Origin: Naegleria gruberi
Taxonomy: Eukaryota
NCBI GenBank assembly: GCA_000004985.1
Contig: GG738859.1
Length of the DNA stretch: 64,000 nt
Reading direction: 5' to 3' (one strand)
Part shown: positions 20,094-30,230 of the stretch, one piece after another
Numbering within the stretch: the stretch's first letter is position 1
Layout: every line of letters starts with the position of its first letter
Notes under the pieces: generated by a model
Database searches by the model: none
What the model saw: the letters and a program-made list of their open reading frames with translations, nothing else
Told to the model about the DNA's origin: nothing
Program-made: the position numbers and the translations under genes

Positions 20094-20631
20094 CAATGCA
20101 GCTTGTTTTTTTTAAGTGTTCACTTTAACACTCCGTGTAAGCAAGGTTATGAATCTTATAGGAGGTTACCATTTGAACATCATGCTAAGAATGGATATTT
20201 AAGAGATTGAATACGCAACATAAGCGTACAATTGGATCATCGAAGTAAAAAAGTGCAAAGCAACATGGTTTGAAACAGTTTACAACAAATGTCAATTCAA
20301 CTTATTAATACGACATTTCATGTTTTGAGGGAGAGTACATGAGTACATAATATCCTGTAATTGTTAGATTATTCAAAGAGACTTGGCATCTTTTTACTTG
20401 CAAGTAAAAACTTTCAAATTCATTTCTATTTAGTTTTCAAAAATTGGTTAATAGAAACTTCCTTTTCGCTTTTGAGCTTTCCAAACTATTATTCGAATCT
20501 ATAATATGTTACCAAGGATTAGTGAAATCAAACCTTTCATTGAAACCCTTTACAACGGTATAGATATTTTAAAAATAAATTTCAAAGAAGAGACGCTGCC
20601 AGATGTGTTACAAAAAGATAATAACATTCAT

Positions 20632-21297
20632 TTAAACTTGTTGATAAGCATCTGATACCATGGGTGTTGTCATTTGTTCATTGCTCATAGCAACTTTTCT
20701 TCTTTTAACCACAAACACAATGAATGCAATGGCACATGCTCCACAACACAACACTCCAATCAATCCTCCAACAACCATAACAGCAATCACAATCGATTTG
20801 GAATTGTTTTTTTGTGGAGTGATTAGCATTTCAAGATAAACACTGGATACTGAGGTTGTTGGTAAGGTTGGATTTCGTTTTACAAGAACTCTGATGGTGC
20901 CATAACCTTCATCTCTTGGCTTGGGGATGACATCACCTTTGGAAATCTTGTAGGAAGTATCAGAGTAGTAGAAGGAATGCAAAAATTCTGGCGGAAGGTA
21001 TTGTGGATTGGATTTCACATTTTCAAGAAAGGAAGAATATTGAGAATCTAATAGAACAAACACGGAAGAACCATATCCATAGGTTGAGAATGTAATTTTG
21101 AGTTCATTGCATTCAGAAGATACTTGACATTCCATTGCAATCGAATAATTGTTAGCATGTGAAAATTTAAAGGTTTCTTCCATATAACATGGTGTTGCAC
21201 TTTGACAATGAACAGTGGAGGAACTGATTAACAATAATTGGAGAGCAATCATTAACGCGAAAACCACTAACAGTAACGAATTGTTTGAAGTGTTCAT
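20632..21297 (-). CDS. type I membrane glycoprotein, LAMP-like topology, paralog B (221 aa)
   Basis: ATG at 21295-21297. It is colinear with paralog A: ATPC...FKFS...Y.IA.ECQV, GTIRVLVKRNP versus GKIRVLVKRNP, TM IVIAVMVVGGLIGVLCCGACAIAFIVFVV, and a tail KRRKVAMSNEQMTTPMVSDAYQQV ending in YQQV. Confidence 0.55.
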   Translation of the reverse strand: MNTSNNSLLLVVFALMIALQLLLISSSTVHCQSATPCYMEETFKFSHANNYSIAMECQVSSECNELKITFSTYGYGSSVFVLLDSQYSSFLENVKSNPQYLPPEFLHSFYYSDTSYKISKGDVIPKPRDEGYGTIRVLVKRNPTLPTTSVSSVYLEMLITPQKNNSKSIVIAVMVVGGLIGVLCCGACAIAFIVFVVKRRKVAMSNEQMTTPMVSDAYQQV

Positions 21298-21486
21298 AGT
21301 GTGTTTCTTTTTTTTTCTTGTTTTTATTCGATTCTCCTATTTAATCGAAAATGGACATGGTGCCCCTTTTATGAGATCATACATTCACTTATCTCTAAAA
21401 ACAAACACTTCTAAGCATTACTATCCATTGTAAAACTATCTACGAATTGAAATTTAATTAAATTTCAAATTCTGAAAAGAAAAAAA

Positions 21487-22818
21487 ATGAGAAAATTGCT
21501 TCTGGCCACTTCCGTGTTGGCTCTTGGTGCCGGAATGTCAATGGATCGTGGAATAAAATCCTTCATGCCATTTTCATCATCCTCATCATCAATGGATAAT
21601 AATAATACTTTGGAAGTTTCTAAAATGGTGATGGGAAGTAAAATGATTGTGGAAGCACAAAGTGCTGCTCCAATGACACCACCACCAACACCAGCACTTT
21701 CTCCTAGTAGTGGTAGTGCTACAACACCAGCATCATCGGAACAAAGTGGAGAATCAGCAGAAGGAGAAGGTTCTGGTGCTAGAAATCCTGGTAGAGTTTC
21801 ACCACAAGGATTACCTAGACAACAAGCTGGCGATAATCAATCAGCCACTCCAGCTGCAATTATGAGCAAATTGCCAGGTTATGTTAAGGCACATGCCAAG
21901 ACAAAGGAAAATCAACAATTATTCCAAACATTTTACGAGTTGGGAATACCAAGTGATAGAGAAATGCACATGTTTTCTGGATATATTTCAGCAACTGATA
22001 CTAGATTGAGAATTCCATCACTTGTTGCTTGGACCATTAAAGGACGTACTAGTGGAGGAAGTAAGGAAAGAAAATCCGATAGATCCAATTCTCAATTCCA
22101 TTCGAGTCCATACCTTCCAGAACCATTCAATGCTCAAAATTCTGACTATTCTGGAGAGGGATATGATAGAGGACACTTGTGTCCATGTGGAGATTTTTAT
22201 TATAGTATGGGACAAAAAGCTTTGGATGAAACATTCTACTTGTCACACAATGTAGTTCCACAAGATCCAAATAATAACAGATTTTATTGGCTTAGATTGG
22301 AAATGTTCACTAGAGGAATGGCCAAACAGTTCGATAATGTCCACGTATTGGCTGGTCCACTGTTTGTTCCAGAAGAGTCAGGAAAAAAAAAGTTTGTTCG
22401 TTATGAAGTCATTGGAGATAATAATGTTGCTGTTCCAACACACTTGTACAGAATTTTGGTTGGAGAGAAAAAGTCTGAAAACAAATTTTTCATTCAGGCC
22501 TTTATGATTCCAAATAAGCCAATTCCAAAATCAAAGCCAATTACCGATTTTATTGTTCCAGTTTCAGACATTGAAAAGCTCAGTGGTATGCAATTGTTAC
22601 ACAGAATTGAAAAGACAAGTACATTACCACTTTGTAAACATTTCCCATGCGAATTGAAAGCATGGCAAGAATTGGAAATGCAAAAGATTCTGTGGGATAA
22701 GAGTATGGATTCTAAGGAAAAGGTTGAAAATGAGTGGAATAAGCTCATCCAAGAAGGTTGGAAGCCAAGTCCACAAATTGTTCAACAATTCCAATCAAGA
22801 CTGTCTGATTTAAAGTAA
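21487..22818 (+). CDS. DNA/RNA non-specific endonuclease (EndoG/Nuc1-like) with N-terminal presequence and S/T-rich linker, 443 aa
   Basis: ATG at 21487 after an A8 run. The catalytic DRGH motif is in GYDRGHLCPCGDF, with NVVPQ and AGPLF motifs of the NUC/EndoG family. The N-terminus is MRKLLLATSVLALGAGMS. Confidence 0.8.
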   Translation: MRKLLLATSVLALGAGMSMDRGIKSFMPFSSSSSSMDNNNTLEVSKMVMGSKMIVEAQSAAPMTPPPTPALSPSSGSATTPASSEQSGESAEGEGSGARNPGRVSPQGLPRQQAGDNQSATPAAIMSKLPGYVKAHAKTKENQQLFQTFYELGIPSDREMHMFSGYISATDTRLRIPSLVAWTIKGRTSGGSKERKSDRSNSQFHSSPYLPEPFNAQNSDYSGEGYDRGHLCPCGDFYYSMGQKALDETFYLSHNVVPQDPNNNRFYWLRLEMFTRGMAKQFDNVHVLAGPLFVPEESGKKKFVRYEVIGDNNVAVPTHLYRILVGEKKSENKFFIQAFMIPNKPIPKSKPITDFIVPVSDIEKLSGMQLLHRIEKTSTLPLCKHFPCELKAWQELEMQKILWDKSMDSKEKVENEWNKLIQEGWKPSPQIVQQFQSRLSDLK

Positions 22819-22837
22819 ACATGTGTAAATGATTGGT

Positions 22838-24051
22838 TTATAAGTAAATTGTGCAAATCTTAATGTCCGATAGATGTGAATCAGTTCCCTGCACTACCTT
22901 ATCTAGAATGGATGTCATGAATAGAAAATGAATATTTTCATGGTTATTGTAATAGGCAAATGAAAAACTCTCACCACACATAATACTGGTTTTTCTTGGA
23001 AAGAGTATTTCTTTTGGTTTAGAAATTCTAACTGGTGTGGAGGTAGATGAAAATTCTTGAGTTCCAAGCTGATAATATGAGTTCTGCCCACCCACATAGA
23101 GAGAGCCTGATTCTCCAAGAAGCACGTAATGTCTCCAACCAGCTGAGAATGCTATCCATTTTCATTATAGAAAACTCAATTTAACTTTATAAACTTACAA
23201 ACAATTGGCTCATTAATATCAAGTTTTTTATAATAATTTCCAACATGTTTTCCAACTCCAAAAATTTCATTATTCTCCAATTGAACTATTGTACATAACC
23301 CTCCACAGGTAACATTACTAATTTTCTTTCCATGAAAAGGTATTGTAATTGGTTTAAAAAATTCGTTATTTCTTTCATTAGAAGAGGAGTATGAATTTGC
23401 ATCATTTAATCCACAACCATATAATTCAAATTCAGTAGCAATCACAGTGAATTGAGCACCCATTGCAATTTTTTCAACTTTGTTATAATCTTCAAATGAA
23501 ACAAGTGAAAGAGTTCCATACTTATCAATTCTAGTTCCATTTCCTAATTGTCCACAAGAATTCCATCCAGATCCATAAATCTTGCAGCCTATTTTCACAA
23601 AGAAATGTCCAGCACTAGCACTAGTATAAAACCCGTTAATCTCTTCATTCTCTTCTTTCTCAATTTTAACAAAACTATGTGATTTAGTTTCAAATCCACT
23701 CCAATAAATATTTCCACAATTTGTAATTACATAACTATTGATCTGAGAGCAGAAAGCATCCACAATCATCTCTCCCTTCTCAAGAAACGTTCCAACAGGA
23801 ATGATCTTTAGTGAGTCATCAGTTTTACTCGTACCAAACACTTGTCCGTTATGATTATTACCAATTCCGAATAATTGACCATCCTGCAACAATATCATAG
23901 TATGTTCCCTTCCACATGCAATCTTTTTAACTTTCGAAAGTGATGATTCATCATCATTGGGAAGGAGTGTAATTGGCGAGAAGGTTTTGCTTTTCGAAGA
24001 TTGACACGATTCACAAAATCTATTGGAGCCAGTGGAAAGAACATAGACCAT
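22838..24051 (-). CDS. RCC1-repeat (beta-propeller) protein; 2 exons, ~388 aa
   Basis: On the minus strand the exons are 23199-24051 and 22838-23151 with a 47-nt intron (GTAAGT donor). It has repeated G.N..GQLG blades (GIGNNHNGQVFG, GSGWNSCGQLGNG, VGGQNSYYQLGTQ). Confidence 0.7.
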
Positions 24052-24153
24052 TTTTTTGAAAGTTTACAAAGTGTTCATTGTTCAACCTCATGTTGTGATG
24101 TGTACTAATTTACTCTTGGAACAATCTTTTACAACAAGTATTGTTCATAAAAA
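24052..24153. promoter_or_regulatory. 102-bp divergent intergenic region (putative compact bidirectional promoter) between RCC1-like and DUF4116 genes
   Basis: It lies between the minus-strand ATG at 24051 and the plus-strand ATG at 24154, both with A-rich contexts. Confidence 0.35.
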
Positions 24154-25605
24154 ATGTTTCAAAATCTTCACGAGCAAGGGATAACAATTATTCTCGATGA
24201 TCAAATTGGATCGGAGAGGCTTTCTTTTAAATATAACCTCTCTCGATTCTATAATTTAGTAGTACATTTCACAGAGACAGCTCCAACACTGGCAACATTA
24301 TTGGAGGATGAACCCGAATTATTGCTAGAATCGATGAAGAGTTCTTCGACACCATTCATTCCCGATCAATATAAGAATGATTTAAATTTTCTGAGGAAGG
24401 CCTGTCGAATGAATTGTAGTTTGATAACAAATAATGATTTAATGCAAAATGATAAAGAGTGCTGCTTGATTACAGCATCTCAAAAAGGAGGTAAATTATT
24501 GCATTGTTGCAAAATCAAAGATCTAGATGTGATATTGCAAGCTTTCAAAGTTAATCCAAATGATATTTCATTCACATACGGATCAATGTTAATTAACACT
24601 CAAGAATATCAGGAATGGAAGAAACTGCAGGAACAGAAAAAAATTGCGCCAACCCACAAGACCAATCATAAAAAGGAAATTTTGGATGAAAAAGAAATAG
24701 TTCTCAATTCAGTTAATAAGAACGGAATGAACTTGAGAAAATTCCCATCATTTGCTTTGGATAGAGATGTTGTTCTAGCAGCCATAAAACAAAATGGTAC
24801 CATATTCCAAACAATTGATGAAAAGTGGAAAGAAGATTTGGAAATTGTGAGTACTGCAATAGATTCTGATCCCATGAATTTAAAATTCCTTCCAAATCAT
24901 TTCAAAAGTGACAGATCATTAGTGATGAAAGCAGTAACCAGCAATGGATTTGCTCTAAAATTTGCTGGTTCATCATTCCAAAGAGACAAGCAAATTGTTC
25001 TTTCCTCATTCACAAGTAATGGAAAAGCTGTAGAATTTGTACACAAGAGCCTGTGGTTAGATGAGGAAATTGTGAGATGTGCTTCTAGAAAAACTGGAAG
25101 ATGTCTATTTCATGCAAGTGAATGCATTAAATCCAATAAGGAACTAGCTCTCCAAATCATTCAAAAATTCCCAGAAGGATTCACCTACTTGAGTAATAGT
25201 TTGAAAACAGATAGGGACTTTATCTTATCAGCAATAGAGAAGAACCATTTAATTCTCTATCAAATCAGCCCCTTATTGAAACAAGATAACTCATTTCTAA
25301 TAGATGCCCTCAAACGAAACTCACTCATCTTTCCCAATTTACCTGAGAGTTTCCGATACGACCCCAATATGATCATTCTATCCTGCAAGAATTCTACTCA
25401 ACATCTGACATCTTTTCTGTATTACAAACAATCGCTCAGTCATAACTTTGACTTTGCATTACAATGTACTCAAATGAATGGTTCAGCTCTCAATTGCTTT
25501 AGTGATTTTTCACATAACGAGTTAAAATTACTTGCACTTGCTGCAGCTTCATCTTTCTTTCATCAGAAACACCCAAATTTTAAATTGCTTCTTCGTGATG
25601 ATTAG
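24154..25605 (+). CDS. DUF4116-repeat protein, 483 aa
   Basis: Single ORF with at least 7 tandem ~36-aa repeats (EKEIVLNSVNKNGMNLRKFP / DRDVVLAAIKQNGTIFQTI / DLEIVSTAIDSDPMNLKFL / DRSLVMKAVTSNGFALKFA / DKQIVLSSFTSNGKAVEFV ...). It belongs to the same family as the partial gene at 1-408. Confidence 0.65.
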   Translation: MFQNLHEQGITIILDDQIGSERLSFKYNLSRFYNLVVHFTETAPTLATLLEDEPELLLESMKSSSTPFIPDQYKNDLNFLRKACRMNCSLITNNDLMQNDKECCLITASQKGGKLLHCCKIKDLDVILQAFKVNPNDISFTYGSMLINTQEYQEWKKLQEQKKIAPTHKTNHKKEILDEKEIVLNSVNKNGMNLRKFPSFALDRDVVLAAIKQNGTIFQTIDEKWKEDLEIVSTAIDSDPMNLKFLPNHFKSDRSLVMKAVTSNGFALKFAGSSFQRDKQIVLSSFTSNGKAVEFVHKSLWLDEEIVRCASRKTGRCLFHASECIKSNKELALQIIQKFPEGFTYLSNSLKTDRDFILSAIEKNHLILYQISPLLKQDNSFLIDALKRNSLIFPNLPESFRYDPNMIILSCKNSTQHLTSFLYYKQSLSHNFDFALQCTQMNGSALNCFSDFSHNELKLLALAAASSFFHQKHPNFKLLLRDD

Positions 25606-25895
25606 ATTTCATTCCATGAATACACATTAAGGTGGTAACCTCCACAACTATTAACCATTCATCCGTACTAAAAAATCCTTCAAAAGAGAAAGCGTTGAGT
25701 TTATTCTACTGCAGTGAGGAGGTTATTTTTTCGTACACCAGTATATATTGAGGCTTCACGAAATTGATTGATAACCATTGCAATACAGACATTAAGTTTA
25801 CAACAAAGATTGCTTGCGTTTCAGAGGCCAAAAACTGCGCAACAAAAATCTCGCTGAGCCAACAGACCAAGCTAAATAAAAACAATTTAAAAAAA

Positions 25896-28800
25896 ATGCA
25901 CAAACTAAGCAAGGTCTTCAACGTTTCTTGCAATCATATTGCTAAACAGCAAGCCATTCGTCAATCTTGCTATAAAAAAACAAATATTATTTCATTGTTG
26001 GAAAAGGAAGGACGAAAGCAAGGATTCCATTGCACTGTTTTTAATTCAAGACTTAGAAAATATAGTGAATCGGGTGAAACACCAACAATTGGTATTCGTA
26101 GAGAAGATAAAAATGTTTGGGAACGTAGAGTACCTCTCACACCATCCCAATGTGAAGAATTGATCAAGGAACATGGTATTCGTATTGTAATTCAACCATC
26201 AACAACTCGTGCTTTTGGTGATGAAGAATATAGAGAAGCTGGCTGTGAGATTAATGAAGATTTGAGTATTGCCCAAACAATCTTGGCAGTTAAAGAAGTT
26301 CCAGCCCAATTATTAATTCCGAACAAGACTTACATGTTCTTCTCTCACACAATTAAAGGACAATGGTATAACATGAATATGTTGGACACTATTTTAGAAA
26401 AGAAAATTAGATTGATCGATTATGAACGTATTGTGAAGGAAGTTGAAATTCCAGGAACTGAAAAAACAGTAGAAGAAAGATTGGTAAGATTTGGTCCTTT
26501 TGCTGGTAATGCTGGTGTTATTGATACACTTCATATTCTCGGAGAAAGATTATTGACTCAATATGGATATACAAGTCCTTTCCTCAGCATTTCATATGCT
26601 AGAAATTACATTAGTCTTGAAATTTGTAAACATGCCTTGAATGAAATTGGCAGAAAGATTAGTCAATATGGTATCAACAAGGATTTATTCCCAATGACCT
26701 TTGTTATGACTGGTAAAGGTGGTTCTGTTTGTCATGGTATGAAGGAAATGATTCAACAATTGCAACCTCCAGAATTAACACACAAAACAGTTGAATTTTT
26801 GAGAACACCACAAGAATTGAGAGCTTTGTGGGAAAAGAAAGCTAGAGGTGAAGTAACCAAGGAAGATTGTAGAAAGATTTATATTTTAATTTGTGGTCCT
26901 GAATATATGGTTAAACACAAGTCACAAACTCAACCATTTGACAAGTATGATTACTATGCTAATCCACAAGATTACGAACCAATTTTCCACGAAACAATTA
27001 TTCCATACACTAAAGTTTTGTTAAACGGCATGTATTGGGATGCCAGATATCCAAGATTAATCACTAACAAGCAAGCTAAACAATTAATTGATCAAAATAG
27101 ATTCCCACTCATTTGTGTTGGTGATGTTTCTTGTGATCCTGGTGGTTCTGTTGAATTCTTGACTAAGACTACTACAATTTCCTCTCCTGTCTATGTAAAT
27201 AATATCAAGGAAGACAAGATTCTTGACGATACTGTAATTGGTGAAGGTGTTGCAATGCTTGCTGTTGACCACTTGCCAGCTGAATTCCCAAGATCTTCCA
27301 GTAGTTTGTTTGGTTCTCACCTTTTCCCATTCATTCCAGATCTTGCTAGATCATTTGTTACTATGAGTTCTCCATTAGAAACTCAAATGAAATATTTGCC
27401 AACTGAGCTCAGAAAGGCTGTAATTACATCAGGTGGTAAATTGACACCAAACTTTGAATATATTGACAAGATTAGAGGTCCAAGATCTAGCAGAGTTTTG
27501 ATTTTGGGATCAGGATATGTTGTTCCTCCAATTATTGACTACTTGATCGATAATCCAAGAGATATTGCCACCGTTACCGTTGCCTCTGATAAGATTTCTT
27601 CTGAATTCAAGAGCAAGTATTCTGATTCTAAGAAATCTGTTGAATTTGTTAGTAATCTCAATGTTACTAATGATAGTCAATTGCTTGCTGATTTGATTAG
27701 CAAATGTGATATTGTACTTTCATTGGTTCCAGCTCCACTCCATCCAATTGTTGCTCAACAATGTTTAAAGTATGAAAAACATCTCGTCACTGCCAGTTAT
27801 ATTAGTCCAGAAATGGAACAATTGAACGAACAAGCTAAAGAAAAGGGTTTGCTCTTCATTAATGAAATTGGTTTGGATCCTGGTATTGATCACATGTGTA
27901 TTATGAAGACTCTCGATCAAGTTGTTGGTCAAAGAGGTGGTAAGGTTGAAAGCTTCAAGAGCTTCTGTGGTGCTCTCCCAGCCCCTGAATCATCTGATAA
28001 TCCTCTTGGTTACAAGTTCAGTTGGTCTCCAATTGGTGTTTTGAGAGCTTCTCAAAATCCATGTTTATTCATGAAGGATGGTGAAGTTGTCAATGTTACT
28101 GATGGTAACAAGCTCACTTTCCTCAATGAAAAGGTTGACGTCAAGTTTAAGGGATTCAATTTTGAAGTTATTCCAAACAGAGATTCCCTCAAGTACATTT
28201 CCAAGTACAAGTATCTGAATGAAAAGGACTTGAAGACCATGATGAGAGGAACCCTCAGATTTGGTGGTTTCTGTGAAGTTTTCAGATTACTCACTCTTTT
28301 AGGATACCTCAATCAAAGCACTGTCATTCCAGCTGATGCCAAGACTTATCGTGATATTTTCTGTACTCAATTGGGTGTTCCAGTTTCTACTGATTTGAAG
28401 ACCATTTCTGCCAAGGTCACCAGTCTTTACAATGAAAAGATTGATGCCATGTTCTCTAACATTACTGACAAGTACCAACAAGCTATTTACAATAGACTTA
28501 AGGCTAACGCTCAAACTGATGTTTCTTTCGCTCTCAAGAGTGTAAAACAACTTGGTTTGCTTTCTACTGATTCATTTGGTGAAAAACCAAAGAGTGGATT
28601 ACTCCTTGATTTGATCTGTACTCACCTTGAAAAGGAACTTGCCCTCTCTGCTGATGACAAGGATCTCAACTTTATGGTCCATGAATTTATTGTAAACTAT
28701 GAAAAGGAAAATGTTAAGGAAAAGATTACCTCAACTGTTTGTGTTTATGGTGACAAGAAGGAAGGAACTGCCACAAGTAGAACTGTTGGTTTACCTGTTG

Positions 28801-28973
28801 CTATCACTGCTGTACTTGTTGCTAAGGAATCAGCTGCCCTTAAAAAGTCAGTTGGTGGAGGTGGTGTCATTGGTCCAACTTCAACACCACTTTTATATGA
28901 AGGAGTTTTGAGTAAGCTTGAACAACAAGGAATTACTGTCGAAGAAACTGTTGAACCATACGAAGAAATGTAA
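25896..28973 (+). CDS. AASS: bifunctional lysine-ketoglutarate reductase / saccharopine dehydrogenase (alpha-aminoadipic semialdehyde synthase, AASS-type), ~1025 aa, N-terminal presequence
   Basis: ATG at 25896 after an A-run; the ORF-track start at 25764 is a TTG. The N-terminal half is the AlaDH/PNT-like LKR domain (GIRREDKNVWERRVPLTPSQCEEL, VFFSHTIKGQ). The C-terminal half is saccharopine dehydrogenase (VLILGSGYVVPPIIDYL Rossmann fold, EIGLDPGIDHM). The whole protein is one uninterrupted ORF. Confidence 0.9.
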   Translation: MHKLSKVFNVSCNHIAKQQAIRQSCYKKTNIISLLEKEGRKQGFHCTVFNSRLRKYSESGETPTIGIRREDKNVWERRVPLTPSQCEELIKEHGIRIVIQPSTTRAFGDEEYREAGCEINEDLSIAQTILAVKEVPAQLLIPNKTYMFFSHTIKGQWYNMNMLDTILEKKIRLIDYERIVKEVEIPGTEKTVEERLVRFGPFAGNAGVIDTLHILGERLLTQYGYTSPFLSISYARNYISLEICKHALNEIGRKISQYGINKDLFPMTFVMTGKGGSVCHGMKEMIQQLQPPELTHKTVEFLRTPQELRALWEKKARGEVTKEDCRKIYILICGPEYMVKHKSQTQPFDKYDYYANPQDYEPIFHETIIPYTKVLLNGMYWDARYPRLITNKQAKQLIDQNRFPLICVGDVSCDPGGSVEFLTKTTTISSPVYVNNIKEDKILDDTVIGEGVAMLAVDHLPAEFPRSSSSLFGSHLFPFIPDLARSFVTMSSPLETQMKYLPTELRKAVITSGGKLTPNFEYIDKIRGPRSSRVLILGSGYVVPPIIDYLIDNPRDIATVTVASDKISSEFKSKYSDSKKSVEFVSNLNVTNDSQLLADLISKCDIVLSLVPAPLHPIVAQQCLKYEKHLVTASYISPEMEQLNEQAKEKGLLFINEIGLDPGIDHMCIMKTLDQVVGQRGGKVESFKSFCGALPAPESSDNPLGYKFSWSPIGVLRASQNPCLFMKDGEVVNVTDGNKLTFLNEKVDVKFKGFNFEVIPNRDSLKYISKYKYLNEKDLKTMMRGTLRFGGFCEVFRLLTLLGYLNQSTVIPADAKTYRDIFCTQLGVPVSTDLKTISAKVTSLYNEKIDAMFSNITDKYQQAIYNRLKANAQTDVSFALKSVKQLGLLSTDSFGEKPKSGLLLDLICTHLEKELALSADDKDLNFMVHEFIVNYEKENVKEKITSTVCVYGDKKEGTATSRTVGLPVAITAVLVAKESAALKKSVGGGGVIGPTSTPLLYEGVLSKLEQQGITVEETVEPYEEM

Positions 28974-28997
28974 TAAATTATTTAATGATTAATTGGA

Positions 28998-30230
28998 TTA
29001 TTTAAAGATTTCTAATTCGTGATTCTTACGAACAACGTGCAAAACTGGAATGAATGAGGATGGAAGTTGGTAGTCTGATCTTGTCAAAACCGTGATAAGT
29101 GGAGTGTTTAAATTCTTAATCTCAATGAAACGATTCTTTGAATTCTTTAAGGAGGTAGGATCTAAAAAGAAAACTTTCAAATTTGAGATCACGTAATCCT
29201 TTTCACATCCATAAGGGAATGCAGGTCCATTTGGAGGGAACATCATGTCCAATTGTTCTCTCACAGTTTGGTGTTCACTAAAAGTATGAATGAAATCTGT
29301 TTGATTGAATTCATCGTAGGCAAAGATAACAGAGAAGAATACTTCACCACTGTGTTCATCAATTTGGATACCTCCCAAAGGTCCATCACGAGTGTAGGTA
29401 TTCAATTGTTCAGATTCTAGCTCTGTATAATCTCCAATTTTGATTCCCTTTCTATTGGAGAGGAATTTCTTCAATTGTTGTATGGTTTGTTCTTGTTGTC
29501 TCTTCTTTTCTTGCTCTTCAGCTTTCTTTTCTTGCTCCTTTAAAAGTGCATCCTCGGCCTTCTTCATGAAATCCTCAAACAAGGCATGTTTTCCTTCAAT
29601 TTTAAGAGCCCTTTGACAATATTTGATAACTGGCTTGTATTTCTTTAAAGTCATGGCAGCTTTAGCAATTCTGAACATGGCTTTAGTATTCTTATTATCA
29701 ATTTTCAAAACTTCCTTTGCATCCACAATGGCATGTCCATAATTACCCATCAATGTAAAGATGTGTGATCTATTATTTAACAAGTCAATTTTCAATCTTG
29801 TGTCAGTAATTGGTTGCTCCAATCCTTCTGAATAATATCTGATAATATCCTTGTAGTACATTTCTGGATTTTTACTATCCTTCAACAAGTTATTTCCTTG
29901 ATTTTTAAAATTGGTTGCAATTTCATCTGGAGTACCATCATATCTAAGTTCAGCCAAAGCCATAGCAATTGGATTGTCCAAACCAATGTCATTCATCAAC
30001 AATGGATGGTCTCCTTTACACCAATCAGGTAATTCCTTTGGAACAACAGGAATCCAGTCATCATCATCGTCATCACCTTCCATTAATTCTTGATAAGTCA
30101 TTGGCTTCTTCTTGTTTGTTGCAGAGGCTTCAGGTGTAACAATATCTTCTACCAAAACCTCTTCGGTACTCTTTTCCGAAGTCGATGATGAAGAAGTGAG
30201 AGGAGTTGAAGTTTGTTCGTTATTACTCAT
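28998..30230 (-). CDS. TPR-repeat protein, TTC4/Cns1-like Hsp90 co-chaperone architecture (N-terminal TPRs + C-terminal wheel-like domain), 410 aa
   Basis: ATG at 30228-30230. It has an acidic stretch DDDDDDW, three TPR-like helical pairs (FKNQGNNLLKD..., MGNYGHAIVDAKEVLKIDNKNTKAMFRIAKAAMTLKKYKPVIKYCQRALKIEG) and a K/E coiled region. The conserved C-terminal region is IFAYDEFNQTDFIHTFSEHQTV...FFLDPTS. Confidence 0.5.
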   Translation of the reverse strand: MSNNEQTSTPLTSSSSTSEKSTEEVLVEDIVTPEASATNKKKPMTYQELMEGDDDDDDWIPVVPKELPDWCKGDHPLLMNDIGLDNPIAMALAELRYDGTPDEIATNFKNQGNNLLKDSKNPEMYYKDIIRYYSEGLEQPITDTRLKIDLLNNRSHIFTLMGNYGHAIVDAKEVLKIDNKNTKAMFRIAKAAMTLKKYKPVIKYCQRALKIEGKHALFEDFMKKAEDALLKEQEKKAEEQEKKRQQEQTIQQLKKFLSNRKGIKIGDYTELESEQLNTYTRDGPLGGIQIDEHSGEVFFSVIFAYDEFNQTDFIHTFSEHQTVREQLDMMFPPNGPAFPYGCEKDYVISNLKVFFLDPTSLKNSKNRFIEIKNLNTPLITVLTRSDYQLPSSFIPVLHVVRKNHELEIFK

